A stretch of DNA of 64,000 nt from NCBI GenBank assembly GCA_965221955.1, contig CBDCTA010000018.1:1-64000 (forward strand), written 5' to 3'. Under the pieces are notes generated by a model that saw only the letters and a program-made list of their open reading frames with translations, was not told the DNA's origin and did not search any database. Shown in pieces: positions 43,318 through 54,005 of this stretch. This DNA comes from Gammaproteobacteria bacterium. Lineage in GTDB: Bacteria > Pseudomonadota > Gammaproteobacteria > UBA4575. Each line of letters opens with the position of its first letter. Within the stretch, counting starts at the first letter, position 1. A program made the position numbers and the translations under genes.

Positions 43318-44478
43318 TTAATTTAAACTAGGCATTATGGGTACTACCGTACCCCAGTTGTGACAACTTGGGCATTGCCAATATAGTAATTTGCCATGAA
43401 AACCGCATTGCTTACATTGATGCGTGCTACGATTGCTAATAAACTGCTCTACACTTTCTTGAATTTTAGCCAAACCTAACTCGCTTACAGATTCATGCTC
43501 AGACGTTTTACTTTTTAAAAAACCATTTACTTCAAGCAAGGATAATTCAGATTTTTCTAATAGCCAATCTAGGATTAATTTTTTTTCTGCATCATCCTCA
43601 TCTAAATTCTCAAGCAAGTTGGACAAAGTCAGACCACCTAGACTTGAATCTTTTATATTGCGCAAAAATTGCTTAAATCCTTCATAATCATTTTGCTCAA
43701 TAAAAGCTTTTCGTAAATCCATAAACACTTCAGGAAGATATTCTGGTTTTTGTTTTGCCACCGCAATATAAAATTTTATTGCAGATTTGTAGTTTTCCTC
43801 ATGCATAGCAATATGACCTAATAAAACGCTGGCACGTGCGCAATTTTTATCACTGGAAAGTGCTTTCTTAGCTAATTGTTTTGCAATTTTCTGCGGGTCA
43901 TCATCTGCTTTATCTAAAGCCACTTCGCTAAGTTCACAATAATAATGGGCAGTAATATGATTCAATTTTTTACCCATCACCTTTTCTAGTTTCTTAGTGG
44001 TTTGGATAGCTAATTCCCACTCTTTTTCCTGCTCATATAAACCTAACAAGAGTGGATAAGCCTCATCGGTCTGTATACCAATATCAATAACGTCTTTGAG
44101 CAAAGATTCAGCGCGATCAAGCAAACCTGCTTTAAGGTAGTCTTTGGCAAGTTCAAGCAAAGCAGTCGACTTATCTACCGCTTCAAGTGTAGGTCGTGCA
44201 ATTAAATTTTGATGAATACGAATCGCCCGATCCACTTCGCCTCGACGTCGAAACATATTACCAAGTACTAGATGTGTTTCGACGGTTTCAGTATCTACAT
44301 CAACCAAATCAATAAACACTTCCAACGCCTTATCAGGCTGTTCGTTTAACAAATAATTTAAACCTTTTAGATATTCGCCTGGAATTTTAGGCTTGGAACG
44401 ATTTTTGTAAAAAATTTGTGCTAGAAACCAACCCGCAACACCTGCTAATAGAAGCAGCAACCAGTATAACTCTGGCAT
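43318..44478 (-). CDS. lapB: LPS assembly protein B
   Basis: GLNYLLNEQPDKA, TPR repeats and C-terminal CKQCGF...CPSC rubredoxin. Confidence 0.95.
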   Translation of the reverse strand: MPELYWLLLLLAGVAGWFLAQIFYKNRSKPKIPGEYLKGLNYLLNEQPDKALEVFIDLVDVDTETVETHLVLGNMFRRRGEVDRAIRIHQNLIARPTLEAVDKSTALLELAKDYLKAGLLDRAESLLKDVIDIGIQTDEAYPLLLGLYEQEKEWELAIQTTKKLEKVMGKKLNHITAHYYCELSEVALDKADDDPQKIAKQLAKKALSSDKNCARASVLLGHIAMHEENYKSAIKFYIAVAKQKPEYLPEVFMDLRKAFIEQNDYEGFKQFLRNIKDSSLGGLTLSNLLENLDEDDAEKKLILDWLLEKSELSLLEVNGFLKSKTSEHESVSELGLAKIQESVEQFISNRSTHQCKQCGFHGKLLYWQCPSCHNWGTVVPIMPSLN

Positions 44479-44771
44479 TAATGTGAACTCTTGATAGGTA
44501 GCTGTCTAAGATTTGCTACTTCTTGCTCTGCCACAGCAACTTTTTTTGCTAATACACGGGCTTTATTTTTGTTTTTTAGCACTAAACTTATACTAAATAA
44601 CAAACCTACTAATGCGCCTAAAATAAAGCACACCAACATCGTTAAGCCCAGAGGGACTTGAAAACTCTGTATAACCAAGTTTAAAGAAACTAAGTCAAGA
44701 TTTTCTAGTGTGAAAATAAAAAATAGGAGAACGAGTGCGAGAAAAAAAATAAATAGTAAAAAACGTACCAT
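44478..44771 (-). CDS. lapA: LPS assembly protein A
   Basis: Two TM helices and coiled-coil tail; position between ihfB and lapB. Confidence 0.85.
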   Translation of the reverse strand: MVRFLLFIFFLALVLLFFIFTLENLDLVSLNLVIQSFQVPLGLTMLVCFILGALVGLLFSISLVLKNKNKARVLAKKVAVAEQEVANLRQLPIKSSH

Positions 44772-44810
44772 TTAATTTAAAACAAATTGCAACCCAACTA
44801 TAAAATAGAA

Positions 44811-45131
44811 CTAATCTTGTGAGGCGCTACGGTTTACTCGCTCACGCAGCTCTTTACCTGGCTTAAAATGTGGCACATGTTTTCCCGGTAAGGATACGGC
44901 ATCGCCAGTTTTAGGATTACGACCAATTCGTGGAGGCCTAAAATGTAACGAGAAACTCCCAAAACCACGAATCTCAATACGATCACCTTGAGAAAGAGAG
45001 GTGCTCATTTGCTCAATGATACTTTTAATCGATAACTCAATATCTTTATGAGCGAGATGATTTTGTTTTAACGATATTTTTTCAATCAGCTCCGACTTGG
45101 TAATCATGTTTTTATCATCGTTTATACTCAT
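44811..45131 (-). CDS. ihfB: Integration host factor beta
   Basis: [23 protein letters not shown] and [12 protein letters not shown] motifs. Confidence 0.97.
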   Translation of the reverse strand: MSINDDKNMITKSELIEKISLKQNHLAHKDIELSIKSIIEQMSTSLSQGDRIEIRGFGSFSLHFRPPRIGRNPKTGDAVSLPGKHVPHFKPGKELRERVNRSASQD

Positions 45132-45171
45132 GAGTTACTCCTAACATTTGGAACTTAAAATTCTACAAAGT

Positions 45172-46857
45172 TTATTCAGCCGAACTTTCGTTTTTATCCT
45201 CGATAGACTCTTTCAAAATATCTCCGAGATTCATTGAAGCCGACTCATTACTGCTGTATTCCTGCATGGCTTCAGATTCCTCTTCATAGTCCTTAGCTTT
45301 GATGGATAAGTTTATCGTCCTAGATTTTTTATCTACACCGATAAATTTAGCTTCAACCTGTTCACCCTCTTTCAATACTGTTCTCGCATCTTCAACACGA
45401 TCCCGTGCAATTTCAGAGGCCTTAAGTATACCCTCTACACCCTCTGCTAATACAATAGTTGCTGCTTTTGCGTCCACCTCGCTTACCGTTCCTGTAACGA
45501 TACTGCCTTTAGGATGTTCGGCGAAAAAGCCTGAAAATGGATCTTTCTCCATCTGTTTCACGCCCAAAGAGATACGCTCACGCTCAGCATCTACCGATAA
45601 CACCATAGCACGCAACTCGTCACCCTTCTTATAATTACGAACGGCTTCTTCGCCTGTTTCATTCCAAGAAAGATCAGACAAGTGCACCAAGCCATCGATA
45701 CCCCCATCTAAGCCAACAAATATTCCAAAGTCAGTGATTGATTTAATCGTACCGGTAACTTCACTGCCTTTATCATGGCTGCTGGCAAAGTCATCCCATG
45801 GGTTCGCTTTACATTGTTTCATTCCGAGGGAAATTCGTCGACGCTCTTCATCAATATCCAAGATCATCACTTCGACTTCATCACCTAGGGATACAATTTT
45901 CGCAGGATTTACATTCTTATTGGTCCAGTCCATTTCAGAAACGTGTACCAAGCCCTCAATCCCTTCTTCGATTTCAACAAAACAACCATAATCAGCAATG
46001 TTGGTAACCTTACCGAATATACGAGTACTTTCAGGATAACGACGATTAATATCTCTCCAAGGATCATCATCCAACTGTTTCAAACCAAGTGACACGCGCG
46101 TTTTCTCTTTATCAAACTTCAGTACGCGTACTTCAATTTCATCACCAATTGCTACAATTTCTGATGGATGCTTAACCCGCTTCCATGCCATATCGGTGAT
46201 GTGTAATAAACCATCCACGCCACCTAAATCTAAAAACGCGCCATAATCGGTCAAGTTTTTAACAATACCCTTAACCACTGCACCTTCTTTTAGCGCCTCA
46301 ATAAGCTCTTCGCGTTCTGCACTGTATTCCGATTCAACTACAGCACGACGTGAGACCACAACGTTATTACGTTTGAGATCGATCTTGATGACTTTGAATT
46401 CTAATTCTTTGCCTTCGAGATATGAGGTATCGCGTACAGGACGTACATCGACTAAAGATCCTGGCAAGAAAGCACGTAGATCACCAAGCTCTACTGTAAA
46501 TCCACCTTTAACTTTGCCTGTAATGGTGCCAGTAATGGTTTCACCTGACTCATGAACCGCTTCTAATTCAGTCCATGCTTTAGCACGGCGTGCTTTTTCA
46601 CGCGAAAGTTTTGTTTCACCATAACCATCTTCAAGCATGTCTAAAGCAACTTCAACGGAGTCACCTACCTCAACTTCTAACACACCATCAGTAACCTTAA
46701 ACTGATCAATGGGAATGATGCCTTCAGACTTCAAACCAGCATAAACGATTACGGCATCTTTATTGATATCAACGACAGTACCGTTGATGATGGTACCCGG
46801 CTGGGTATTTAGATTAGATACGCTCTCTTCAAAGAGCTCTGCAAAACTTTCACTCAT
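45172..46857 (-). CDS. rpsA: 30S ribosomal protein S1
   Basis: [12 protein letters not shown] and six S1 repeats ([26 protein letters not shown]). Confidence 0.98.
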   Translation of the reverse strand: MSESFAELFEESVSNLNTQPGTIINGTVVDINKDAVIVYAGLKSEGIIPIDQFKVTDGVLEVEVGDSVEVALDMLEDGYGETKLSREKARRAKAWTELEAVHESGETITGTITGKVKGGFTVELGDLRAFLPGSLVDVRPVRDTSYLEGKELEFKVIKIDLKRNNVVVSRRAVVESEYSAEREELIEALKEGAVVKGIVKNLTDYGAFLDLGGVDGLLHITDMAWKRVKHPSEIVAIGDEIEVRVLKFDKEKTRVSLGLKQLDDDPWRDINRRYPESTRIFGKVTNIADYGCFVEIEEGIEGLVHVSEMDWTNKNVNPAKIVSLGDEVEVMILDIDEERRRISLGMKQCKANPWDDFASSHDKGSEVTGTIKSITDFGIFVGLDGGIDGLVHLSDLSWNETGEEAVRNYKKGDELRAMVLSVDAERERISLGVKQMEKDPFSGFFAEHPKGSIVTGTVSEVDAKAATIVLAEGVEGILKASEIARDRVEDARTVLKEGEQVEAKFIGVDKKSRTINLSIKAKDYEEESEAMQEYSSNESASMNLGDILKESIEDKNESSAE

Positions 46858-46896
46858 AGTAATTTTAAAACAATTCCTATTATTCTTAGGGATCGG

Positions 46897-47598
46897 TTAA
46901 GGCCGGCCGCGAACAAGATCAGCAATTCGATTTACGACTTGCTCAATCGATAAATTTGTCGAATCAACAAGTAGAGCGTCAGCGGCAGGACGTAATGGAG
47001 AGACTTTGCGATTTTGATCCCTAGAATCTCGCGTCTCTATGTCACTCAAAAGGGGGCCAAGGCTAGCACTAATGCCTTGTTTCTTCAACTGTTTTTGCCT
47101 TCTCAACGCTCTCTCTTTAGGGCTGGCTGTAAGGAAAAATTTATCCCCAGCATCTGGGAAAACCACAGTCCCCATATCCCTGCCTTCAGCCACCAAGCCT
47201 GGAGGATGTCGAAAAGATCGCTGTTTATCCATCAAAGCTTGCCGAACTTTTGGAATAGCGGCTAACTGAGAGGCCCTCGCCGCACATTCTTCCGTACGCA
47301 ACTCAGAAGAGATTTCTTTATCGTTCAAAAATACCGTTACATGTTCATGTGAAGATTCGCTCAAATCTTGAGCATCAAAACCAAAACGAACTTGCATTTG
47401 CTCGCATAAACTCAATAGGCCATTAATATCTGAGACATCTACATTTTGTTGCTGGCTTTGTAACGCCAAAATTCTATACAACGCACCACTATCTAAATAG
47501 TGATACTGCAAAGTGGCTGCCAACTGCCTGGCGACGGTTCCCTTCCCCGATCCAGCAGGTCCATCAATCGTGACAACAGGGATCGTTTTATCAACCAT
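46897..47598 (-). CDS. cmk: Cytidylate kinase
   Basis: IDGPAGSGKGT, LDSGALYR and EGRDMGTVVFPDA motifs. Confidence 0.96.
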   Translation of the reverse strand: MVDKTIPVVTIDGPAGSGKGTVARQLAATLQYHYLDSGALYRILALQSQQQNVDVSDINGLLSLCEQMQVRFGFDAQDLSESSHEHVTVFLNDKEISSELRTEECAARASQLAAIPKVRQALMDKQRSFRHPPGLVAEGRDMGTVVFPDAGDKFFLTASPKERALRRQKQLKKQGISASLGPLLSDIETRDSRDQNRKVSPLRPAADALLVDSTNLSIEQVVNRIADLVRGRP

Positions 47599-47612
47599 CA
47601 GTTACACATATA

Positions 47613-48921
47613 TTAATGTTGTGAAATATTCAAACCGAGTGCTGCAGTAATTTCTACAAAGCCAGGAAAGGAAGTAGAAACATTTTCTGTGTTATGCACG
47701 ACAATTTCTGTTTCAGATTGTATGGATGCAATTGCAAAAGCCATAGCAATGCGATGATCACCATCGCTATCAATTTCCCCACCTTTAAAATTTCCACCGG
47801 TTATTGCGATCCCATCCGGTTTTTCTGTGACTTCTATACCTAAGGCTTGCAAACCTTTTGCCATATTGGCAATGACGATCTGATTCTTTAACACGTAACT
47901 CTTCAGCACCTTGCAAAGTAGTAACCCCCTTCGCACAGGCTGCGGCAATAAAAATGATCGGAAATTCGTCAATGGAGTTTGCTATTAAATGCTGTGGAAT
48001 TTCAATTCCATGTAATTCGCTATTGTGCACAACAATATCCGCGACGGGTTCTTCACCAAAATGAGTTGGGTTAATAATTTCAATTTTTGCACCCATGCTA
48101 CGTAAAATTTGGATAACACCATCACGAGTTGGGTTCACGCCTACTTTGCGAATGGTAAGCTCAGCATGTTTTGAAATTAAAGCCGCAACCATTAAAAATG
48201 CTGCAGATGAAATATCACCAGGCACTTGTATCAAGTTGGCTTTTAAGCTGCCATTGCCTTGCAAACATATAGACTTACCATCAACTTCTACAGGATAAGA
48301 AAAGCTTTGCAACATTCTTTCTGTATGATCACGTGTAACTGTATTTTCTATTACACAGGTTTTACCTTGAGCGAATAAACCTGCTAATAAAACGCATGAC
48401 TTCACCTGTGCACTGGGCACTGGCAGTGTGTACTTAATCGCATGCAGTACATTGACCGGATGAATCACTAGAGGTGGTGTGTAATTCTCTTCACTCGCAA
48501 TATCTGCACCCATTTCTTTCAATGGCATTTGTATGCGTTGCATCGGACGCTTTGAAAGAGAAGCATCACCAATTAAAGAAGATGAGAAATCTTGCCCACA
48601 GAGAATGCCCGCGATTAAACGCATAGCGGTACCTGAATTACCCATATCAAGTACACCACTAGGCGCACATAAGCCCCTCAATCCAACACCATTTATACTT
48701 ATATTGGTGGCTCCTTGACGATCAAAGCACACACCCATGTTCTGAAATGCGCTTAATGTCGCTTCGCAATCGCTAGAAGGTAGAAAACCACTCACTTGGC
48801 TTTCACCCTTCGCAAGTGAAGCCAACATGATTGCACGATGCGATATCGACTTATCACCAGGGACTCGCGTTTCACCGCTACAAAATGAACCAGGTTGCAA
48901 ACGGAAATAGGCAGAAGACAT
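47613..48921 (-). CDS. aroA: EPSP synthase with +1 frameshift near 47875
   Basis: PGDKSISHR, GNSGTAMRL, SAQVKS and RDHTE. ELRVKESDR then an extra C before ATT GCC; the other frame continues IANMAKGL...DHRIAMAF. Confidence 0.94.
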
Positions 48922-49781
48922 TAATTATTTATATTTTCATTACGCAGCTGTTTTGCTCGCATAAATAATTCATGGATTGCAGCCTTGTCTTGATTAGCAA
49001 TCTTCAGTTTTAAATCTTCAAGACATTTGATATAGCCTTCTATCGATTTAATAATTTCGTCTTTGTTTCCCACACAAATGTCTGCCCACATCGTTGGATC
49101 ACTCGATGCAATACGAGTAAAATCATAAAAGCCGCCAGCAGCGTAGTTGAAAATACTCTTTGCATCCTCACGCTGACCTAAATAATTCACTAAATTATAA
49201 GCCACCATATGCGGCAAATGACTGGTAGCAGATAAAATAGAATCATGCAGCTCTGCAGACATCACATCTACGTTAGCGCCCACGTTCTGCCACATTTTTG
49301 TTACCACATTCAACGCATTTTCCGCTGTTTTCTCAGTAGGTGTTAAAATAACTTTGCGATCTTTGTATAGATGCTCACGCGCATACTCAAAACCGCTTTG
49401 CTCACTTCCAGCAATCGGATGACCAGGCACAACATTCTCAGGTAACTCACCAAATACCTCACATGCAGCTTGAATAACATTCAATTTACTGCTTCCAACA
49501 TCTGTCAACAATGTCTTTGAATTTAAAGTTGGTTTAATTACTTCAAAAGAAGCTTTAATTTTTGTTACAGGTACACCGATGACAATCAAATCGGCGTTCG
49601 TAACATCAACATTGTTCAACACCTGATATTCATTAATGATGTTTAAAGATTGTGCTTTGGCTAAACGATTTGCATCACGGCCAATCCCCACAACTTTCTT
49701 AGCAAGTTGTTGCTGTTTTAAGTCTTTCGCAAGCGAGGCATTAATAAGGCCAACGCCAATTAGATAAACACTATCAAACAT
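48921..49781 (-). CDS. tyrA: Prephenate/arogenate dehydrogenase
   Basis: IGVGLI, TDVGSSK, GHPIAGSE, SHLPH and DFTRIASS motifs. Confidence 0.93.
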   Translation of the reverse strand: MFDSVYLIGVGLINASLAKDLKQQQLAKKVVGIGRDANRLAKAQSLNIINEYQVLNNVDVTNADLIVIGVPVTKIKASFEVIKPTLNSKTLLTDVGSSKLNVIQAACEVFGELPENVVPGHPIAGSEQSGFEYAREHLYKDRKVILTPTEKTAENALNVVTKMWQNVGANVDVMSAELHDSILSATSHLPHMVAYNLVNYLGQREDAKSIFNYAAGGFYDFTRIASSDPTMWADICVGNKDEIIKSIEGYIKCLEDLKLKIANQDKAAIHELFMRAKQLRNENINN

Positions 49782-49800
49782 ATAAGTATGGAATAATTAG

Positions 49801-50883
49801 CTACAAAGCGGCGCGAGGATAGGAACCTAAAACTTTCAAAAGATCTGCTTCAGCTTTTAACTCTGCAATACAATTTTTTATGGTTTCCGTTTTCATATGG
49901 CCTTCCAAATCTAGAAAGAAGACATATTCCCAATTCACACAGTGTGAAGGTCTGGATTCTATGCGTGTCATGCTGACATTATTTTTCGCCAAAGGCTGCA
50001 ATAAATTATAAAGCGCTCCTGGTTTATTACGTGCAGAAATTAGCAAGGTGGTCTTGTCATCACCGGTTGGTTCTACATCCTGTTTGCCAATTATTAAAAA
50101 CCGGGTGGTGTTGTCTGGCGAGTCTTCGATATTTTTATTTTGAATCGTTAAACCATACACATCCGCTGCAGTTTCGCTAGCAATCGCGGCAGCATTTTTT
50201 TCATTTGCAGCACGTCTTGCAGCATCCGCGTTACTACCTACGGGCACACGTTTAACACCTGGAAGATGTGTTTCCAGCCATTTCTTACACTGCGCAAGAG
50301 ATTGCTGGTGAGAATACAATACTTCTATATCCGCAAGTTGTTCAGTATTACATAACAAATGTTGATGCACTCGCAGTTCTACTTCGCCGACAATACTCAA
50401 CGTCGATTCTAAAAACATATCTAGAGTACTGTTTACAATTCCTTGGGTAGAATTCTCAATCGGCACTACACCATAGTTTGCGTTATCGGATTCCACTTCA
50501 CGAAACACATCATCAATGCTATTAGCCGCCAAAGTTTGAATGGAATGTCCGAAATGCTTGTAGGCTGCCTCTTCAGTAAACGTTCCTTCTGGGCCAAGAA
50601 AAGCTACTTGTAATCTTTGCTCTAAGGCAAGACATGCAGACATCACCTCACGAATGAGTCTTGCCATTTCTTCGTCAGACAATGGTCCTTGATTATGCTC
50701 CAACACACGCTTCAAGACACTCGCTTCACGATCAGGACGGTAATAAACACTTCCTTCCCCTGACTCCGCTTTCACTTGTGCCACTTGTTGTGCAAGCTTG
50801 GCACGATTACTGATCAGTTCAAGCAATTGCTTATCAACTGCATCAATTTGCTCACGCAGCTTGGTAAGTGATTTTTTACTCAT
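49801..50883 (-). CDS. pheA: Chorismate mutase/prephenate dehydratase (P-protein)
   Basis: LREQIDAVD, FLGPEGTF, VPIENS, NTTRF and IESRP; likely start MSKKSL at 50883. Confidence 0.96.
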   Translation of the reverse strand: MSKKSLTKLREQIDAVDKQLLELISNRAKLAQQVAQVKAESGEGSVYYRPDREASVLKRVLEHNQGPLSDEEMARLIREVMSACLALEQRLQVAFLGPEGTFTEEAAYKHFGHSIQTLAANSIDDVFREVESDNANYGVVPIENSTQGIVNSTLDMFLESTLSIVGEVELRVHQHLLCNTEQLADIEVLYSHQQSLAQCKKWLETHLPGVKRVPVGSNADAARRAANEKNAAAIASETAADVYGLTIQNKNIEDSPDNTTRFLIIGKQDVEPTGDDKTTLLISARNKPGALYNLLQPLAKNNVSMTRIESRPSHCVNWEYVFFLDLEGHMKTETIKNCIAELKAEADLLKVLGSYPRAAL

Positions 50884-51008
50884 AATCGATGTTGAAAATC
50901 TAGTGAAGATAGGCTGACATGAATCAACCAAATCGCTGTACTCTAATATAGCCAAGCAGAATACTACAAATTCTTAGTGAGATAGGCACAGAATTTAACA
51001 ATACGCAT

Positions 51009-51035
51009 AAAAAAGCTCGCTATAAGCAGGCTTTT
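51009..51035 (-). terminator. Degenerate terminator, copy of 53164-53198
   Basis: AAAAAAGCTCGCTATAAGCAGGCTTTT versus AAAAAAGCCCGCTTAAAGCGGGCTTTTTT. Confidence 0.6.
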
Positions 51036-51058
51036 ATAAATAAATGGTTATTTAGAAG

Positions 51059-51619
51059 CTAAACTAGACTTTGCTTTATTCGTGCAAATCCCAAGCCCAA
51101 TAGGCCTAAACTCATCAAATCAAAAGTTGCTGACTCAGGGACTTCCACTTTAGGACCTCAAAGATCTAACCCAACCCATATTGAGCCACACGAATATCCA
51201 TACGCATTTGTACAAGTTAAATCCGCACTACCCCATAGTTTCAGGTCAGAGTATGACACATAGTTATCGTACCAGCCGCCATACCAGCCATCGGCTTTAA
51301 ACCTAAATGCACCTGTATAGGTTCAGTAAGCTTTTTCAACGTTAACATACAACCTTCCCCAGCCATTCTCATTCAACCTACCTCTTAATACATTTATAGT
51401 AGTTCCACCATTTAAACTTGTAAGAGAACCATAGATGTTTTTAAACCACCCACCATCAGTTCATTTATCGGATAGTGATCCATTTAACCCAAAGTTCCAA
51501 TCACCATGTACAACATTCCAATTATTATTAGTGTTCTCAAATGTGTAACTACCCTACCTGGTATTGCCCAAGCACTTATATACTTAAAAACAGTTGGAAT
51601 GGTTACAAGTTTATTTCAT
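51059..51619 (-). pseudogene. Decayed PEP-CTERM protein gene, paralog of 53224..53793
   Basis: Manual translation: ...NFGLNGSLSDK*TDGGWFKNIYGSL...AY*TYTGAFRFKADGWYGGWYDNYVS...LKLWG...IWVGLDL*GPKVEVPESATFDLMSLGLLGLGFARIKQSLV*; three in-frame TGA plus frameshifts near the 5' end. Confidence 0.88.
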
Positions 51620-51684
51620 AAATCACTTTAATATTAATTTAATTAACTCGTTTTCAATCATGAGCAATATTTAAATTAGATCAA

Positions 51685-53061
51685 TCAAGATGAAGCAGCT
51701 CTGCAAAACTCTTCATAGCTCACATTCTCAGGTAGTGATATGAGCGCATTAATTCTCACTCTAACAACAGGTTTACCAAAACAATCTGCCACAATATTTT
51801 CTAATATATTTTCTATATCATCCTTAATTAACGCTGATTTAGTATTTACTCCAGCCTTATATAAGCTATGTATTGCACCTTCCTTAAGATTATTTGCATA
51901 CTGCAAAAGTGCGACATCAATCATTGCTGTTGATAGATCATCCTCCACTAAATTTTTTCTCTTTATTCTTTCAAGGTTCTTTTCTATAGCTATTGATCGT
52001 GCAGAGATTGCTGATTTTTCATCACCTAATTCCGTATACACCACAGCAAGACGTGAATGAATTTTATGAGCATTTTCTAGAGTGAGATTGTTCTTTAACT
52101 CTCCTTCAAGACGTATAAGAATCGTATTGGCATTATCTAGCTCATTTAATTGCTTCATTGCCTTTGCTCTAATTAAGTTAGTATTCCAACGTTTCGCATT
52201 AGCTCTAGATTCGACATAATCAAGAACAGTAATCGCTTTATCTCCCATACCACGTTTAACAAAGCTATCTGCAATACCATGCCATCGAGTAGACAAACTA
52301 TACTCAGTACCTCGCTCAAAAGTGCAAATTAATGCAACAATCAATGCAATGCCCAAAGCTATCAGATGGATAGATCTTACAAATTTGAAGTGAAACGAAG
52401 CACTTAGCCAATGCACTGAAAGAAATAACATGCTTAAACCTATCAACAGCTCACCAATCTCTGACCCCTTGTATGTATGATTAAACGCTAACATATACCC
52501 TGTAATTGCTATTATTGGAGCAAGAAATAATGGCGCGGTCGGCAACTTAATTATTTCCTGCAGATGACCCAGTTTAGGAACAAGTTTTACAAATAATGGA
52601 TAGCATGCATAAAGAATAAAACTACAACCTACTATTATGTACGTTAGCTTATCGGGCGAAAGTGCTCTTATATTATGAAACCCGATTTCATTTTGAAAAT
52701 TATATGTCTTAAAGAATTCTGGACTATCTAGCCAGAATATGCGTTGACCCCAGCTTATCTCCTCCATGCTAATCAAAAACAAGCCTATCATTAGTATGGC
52801 ATACCAAATTTTTGCCAAAGAGTGTTCTTTAGAGAAAAATACGATTAGCGCCAAAATGAATGAAGCTAGCCCTAGAGATGAAAACGTTAACCACTCACCA
52901 ACTTGGTCTTCAGTAACTAAATAAATATAAAAATGCGGATAAAGCAAATACGTAAAAAGTATGCCAAGCAAAATAAGTCCCTGAACAATAATCATAAAAA
53001 TAGTAGGACTTAATACTGAATCACCTTGAACAGGTCTAGAGCTTTGAGTCAATATCTTCAT
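51685..53061 (-). CDS. Hypothetical membrane protein with C-terminal TPR-like region
   Basis: About 7 TM helices with EDQVGE, EEISWGQRIF, NFQNEIGFHN and SEIGE motifs, then a helical soluble domain. Confidence 0.7.
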   Translation of the reverse strand: MKILTQSSRPVQGDSVLSPTIFMIIVQGLILLGILFTYLLYPHFYIYLVTEDQVGEWLTFSSLGLASFILALIVFFSKEHSLAKIWYAILMIGLFLISMEEISWGQRIFWLDSPEFFKTYNFQNEIGFHNIRALSPDKLTYIIVGCSFILYACYPLFVKLVPKLGHLQEIIKLPTAPLFLAPIIAITGYMLAFNHTYKGSEIGELLIGLSMLFLSVHWLSASFHFKFVRSIHLIALGIALIVALICTFERGTEYSLSTRWHGIADSFVKRGMGDKAITVLDYVESRANAKRWNTNLIRAKAMKQLNELDNANTILIRLEGELKNNLTLENAHKIHSRLAVVYTELGDEKSAISARSIAIEKNLERIKRKNLVEDDLSTAMIDVALLQYANNLKEGAIHSLYKAGVNTKSALIKDDIENILENIVADCFGKPVVRVRINALISLPENVSYEEFCRAASS

Positions 53062-53163
53062 TTAATAATATTACTACAGCATTTGTATTAGATTTTATAT
53101 GCGCCTCACACAACCAAAAAATAAGTCGTTTACGCTTACGTTTAGATCGAAATTAAATATGCA

Positions 53164-53198
53164 ATTAAAAAAGCCCGCTTAAAGCGGGCTTTTTTAAT
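53164..53198 (-). terminator. Intrinsic terminator after PEP-CTERM gene
   Basis: ATTAAAAAAGCCCGCTT-A-AAGCGGGCTTTTTTAAT perfect inverted repeat. Confidence 0.88.
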
Positions 53199-53223
53199 GC
53201 AAAATAAAATAGTTATTTTACAC

Positions 53224-53793
53224 TTATAAATCTTGCTTCTTGCGCGCAAAACCTAAGCCCAACAAACCTAAACCCATCAGCGCAAAAGTTGTAGGCTCTG
53301 GTACAGTTGTAGTAGGTGTTCCATGACCCCAAAGATCTATCCCAACCCACCAATCACCAAAATCGTAAGCATGCTCAGACCAAGGTGCAGTCCATGTCAT
53401 ATTTAGATAACTTCCACCCCATAAATTTAGGTAGGTATCCGATACGCTATTGTTATACCAACCACCATAGTAACCACTATCGTAAAAGCTAATGGTTCCA
53501 GTGTAGGTGCTGTAATAACGATTGATGCTGAGGTCTAAGCTTCCTGCACCATTTGCAGCAATAGATCCACCCGTAATATTTATTGATCCATGATAGCCAT
53601 TAAGCATGCCTGAAATGTTATATAAGTTAGAACCGTCCCAAGTTCCTGACAGACTTCCAAGAGATCCAAAATTTGAAATCGCCCAACCATGAGCGTAACC
53701 ACCAACATTGTAATTAACTTGTGAGATTGCCCATGAATTTATAGGTGAAAACGCTACTAACAATAACGCGCAAACAAACAGCTTCCTTAGCAT
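53224..53793 (-). CDS. PEP-CTERM sorting-domain secreted protein
   Basis: Sec signal peptide; Gly/Ser/Tyr/Trp-rich body; C-terminal VPEPTTFALMGLGLLGLGFARKK. Confidence 0.93.
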   Translation of the reverse strand: MLRKLFVCALLLVAFSPINSWAISQVNYNVGGYAHGWAISNFGSLGSLSGTWDGSNLYNISGMLNGYHGSINITGGSIAANGAGSLDLSINRYYSTYTGTISFYDSGYYGGWYNNSVSDTYLNLWGGSYLNMTWTAPWSEHAYDFGDWWVGIDLWGHGTPTTTVPEPTTFALMGLGLLGLGFARKKQDL

Positions 53794-54005
53794 CTAACTC
53801 TCTCCTTAAGAATAAAATCCTATAACAACTGTAATTATTTTATTTAATTTCAAGCACTTAACAAAGTAATTAAGTCGATTTTTTTGTGACACAGTGAACA
53901 AATTTACAAAGAAATTCTGAATAATTTGCATCAACTTTTAAAACTATATGTTAGAAGTACTTATGGGTTGTTGTTGCTAAGCTGCAATTTGACTCAGGAA
54001 AAGTA

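Noticed and set aside
51059-51619. UGA-to-Trp recoding suggested by TGA at Trp positions
   Set aside because: TGA is a true stop in core genes here (cysM, pheS, rplT), and the relic also has frameshifts and a damaged sorting signal; TGG-to-TGA decay explains it.
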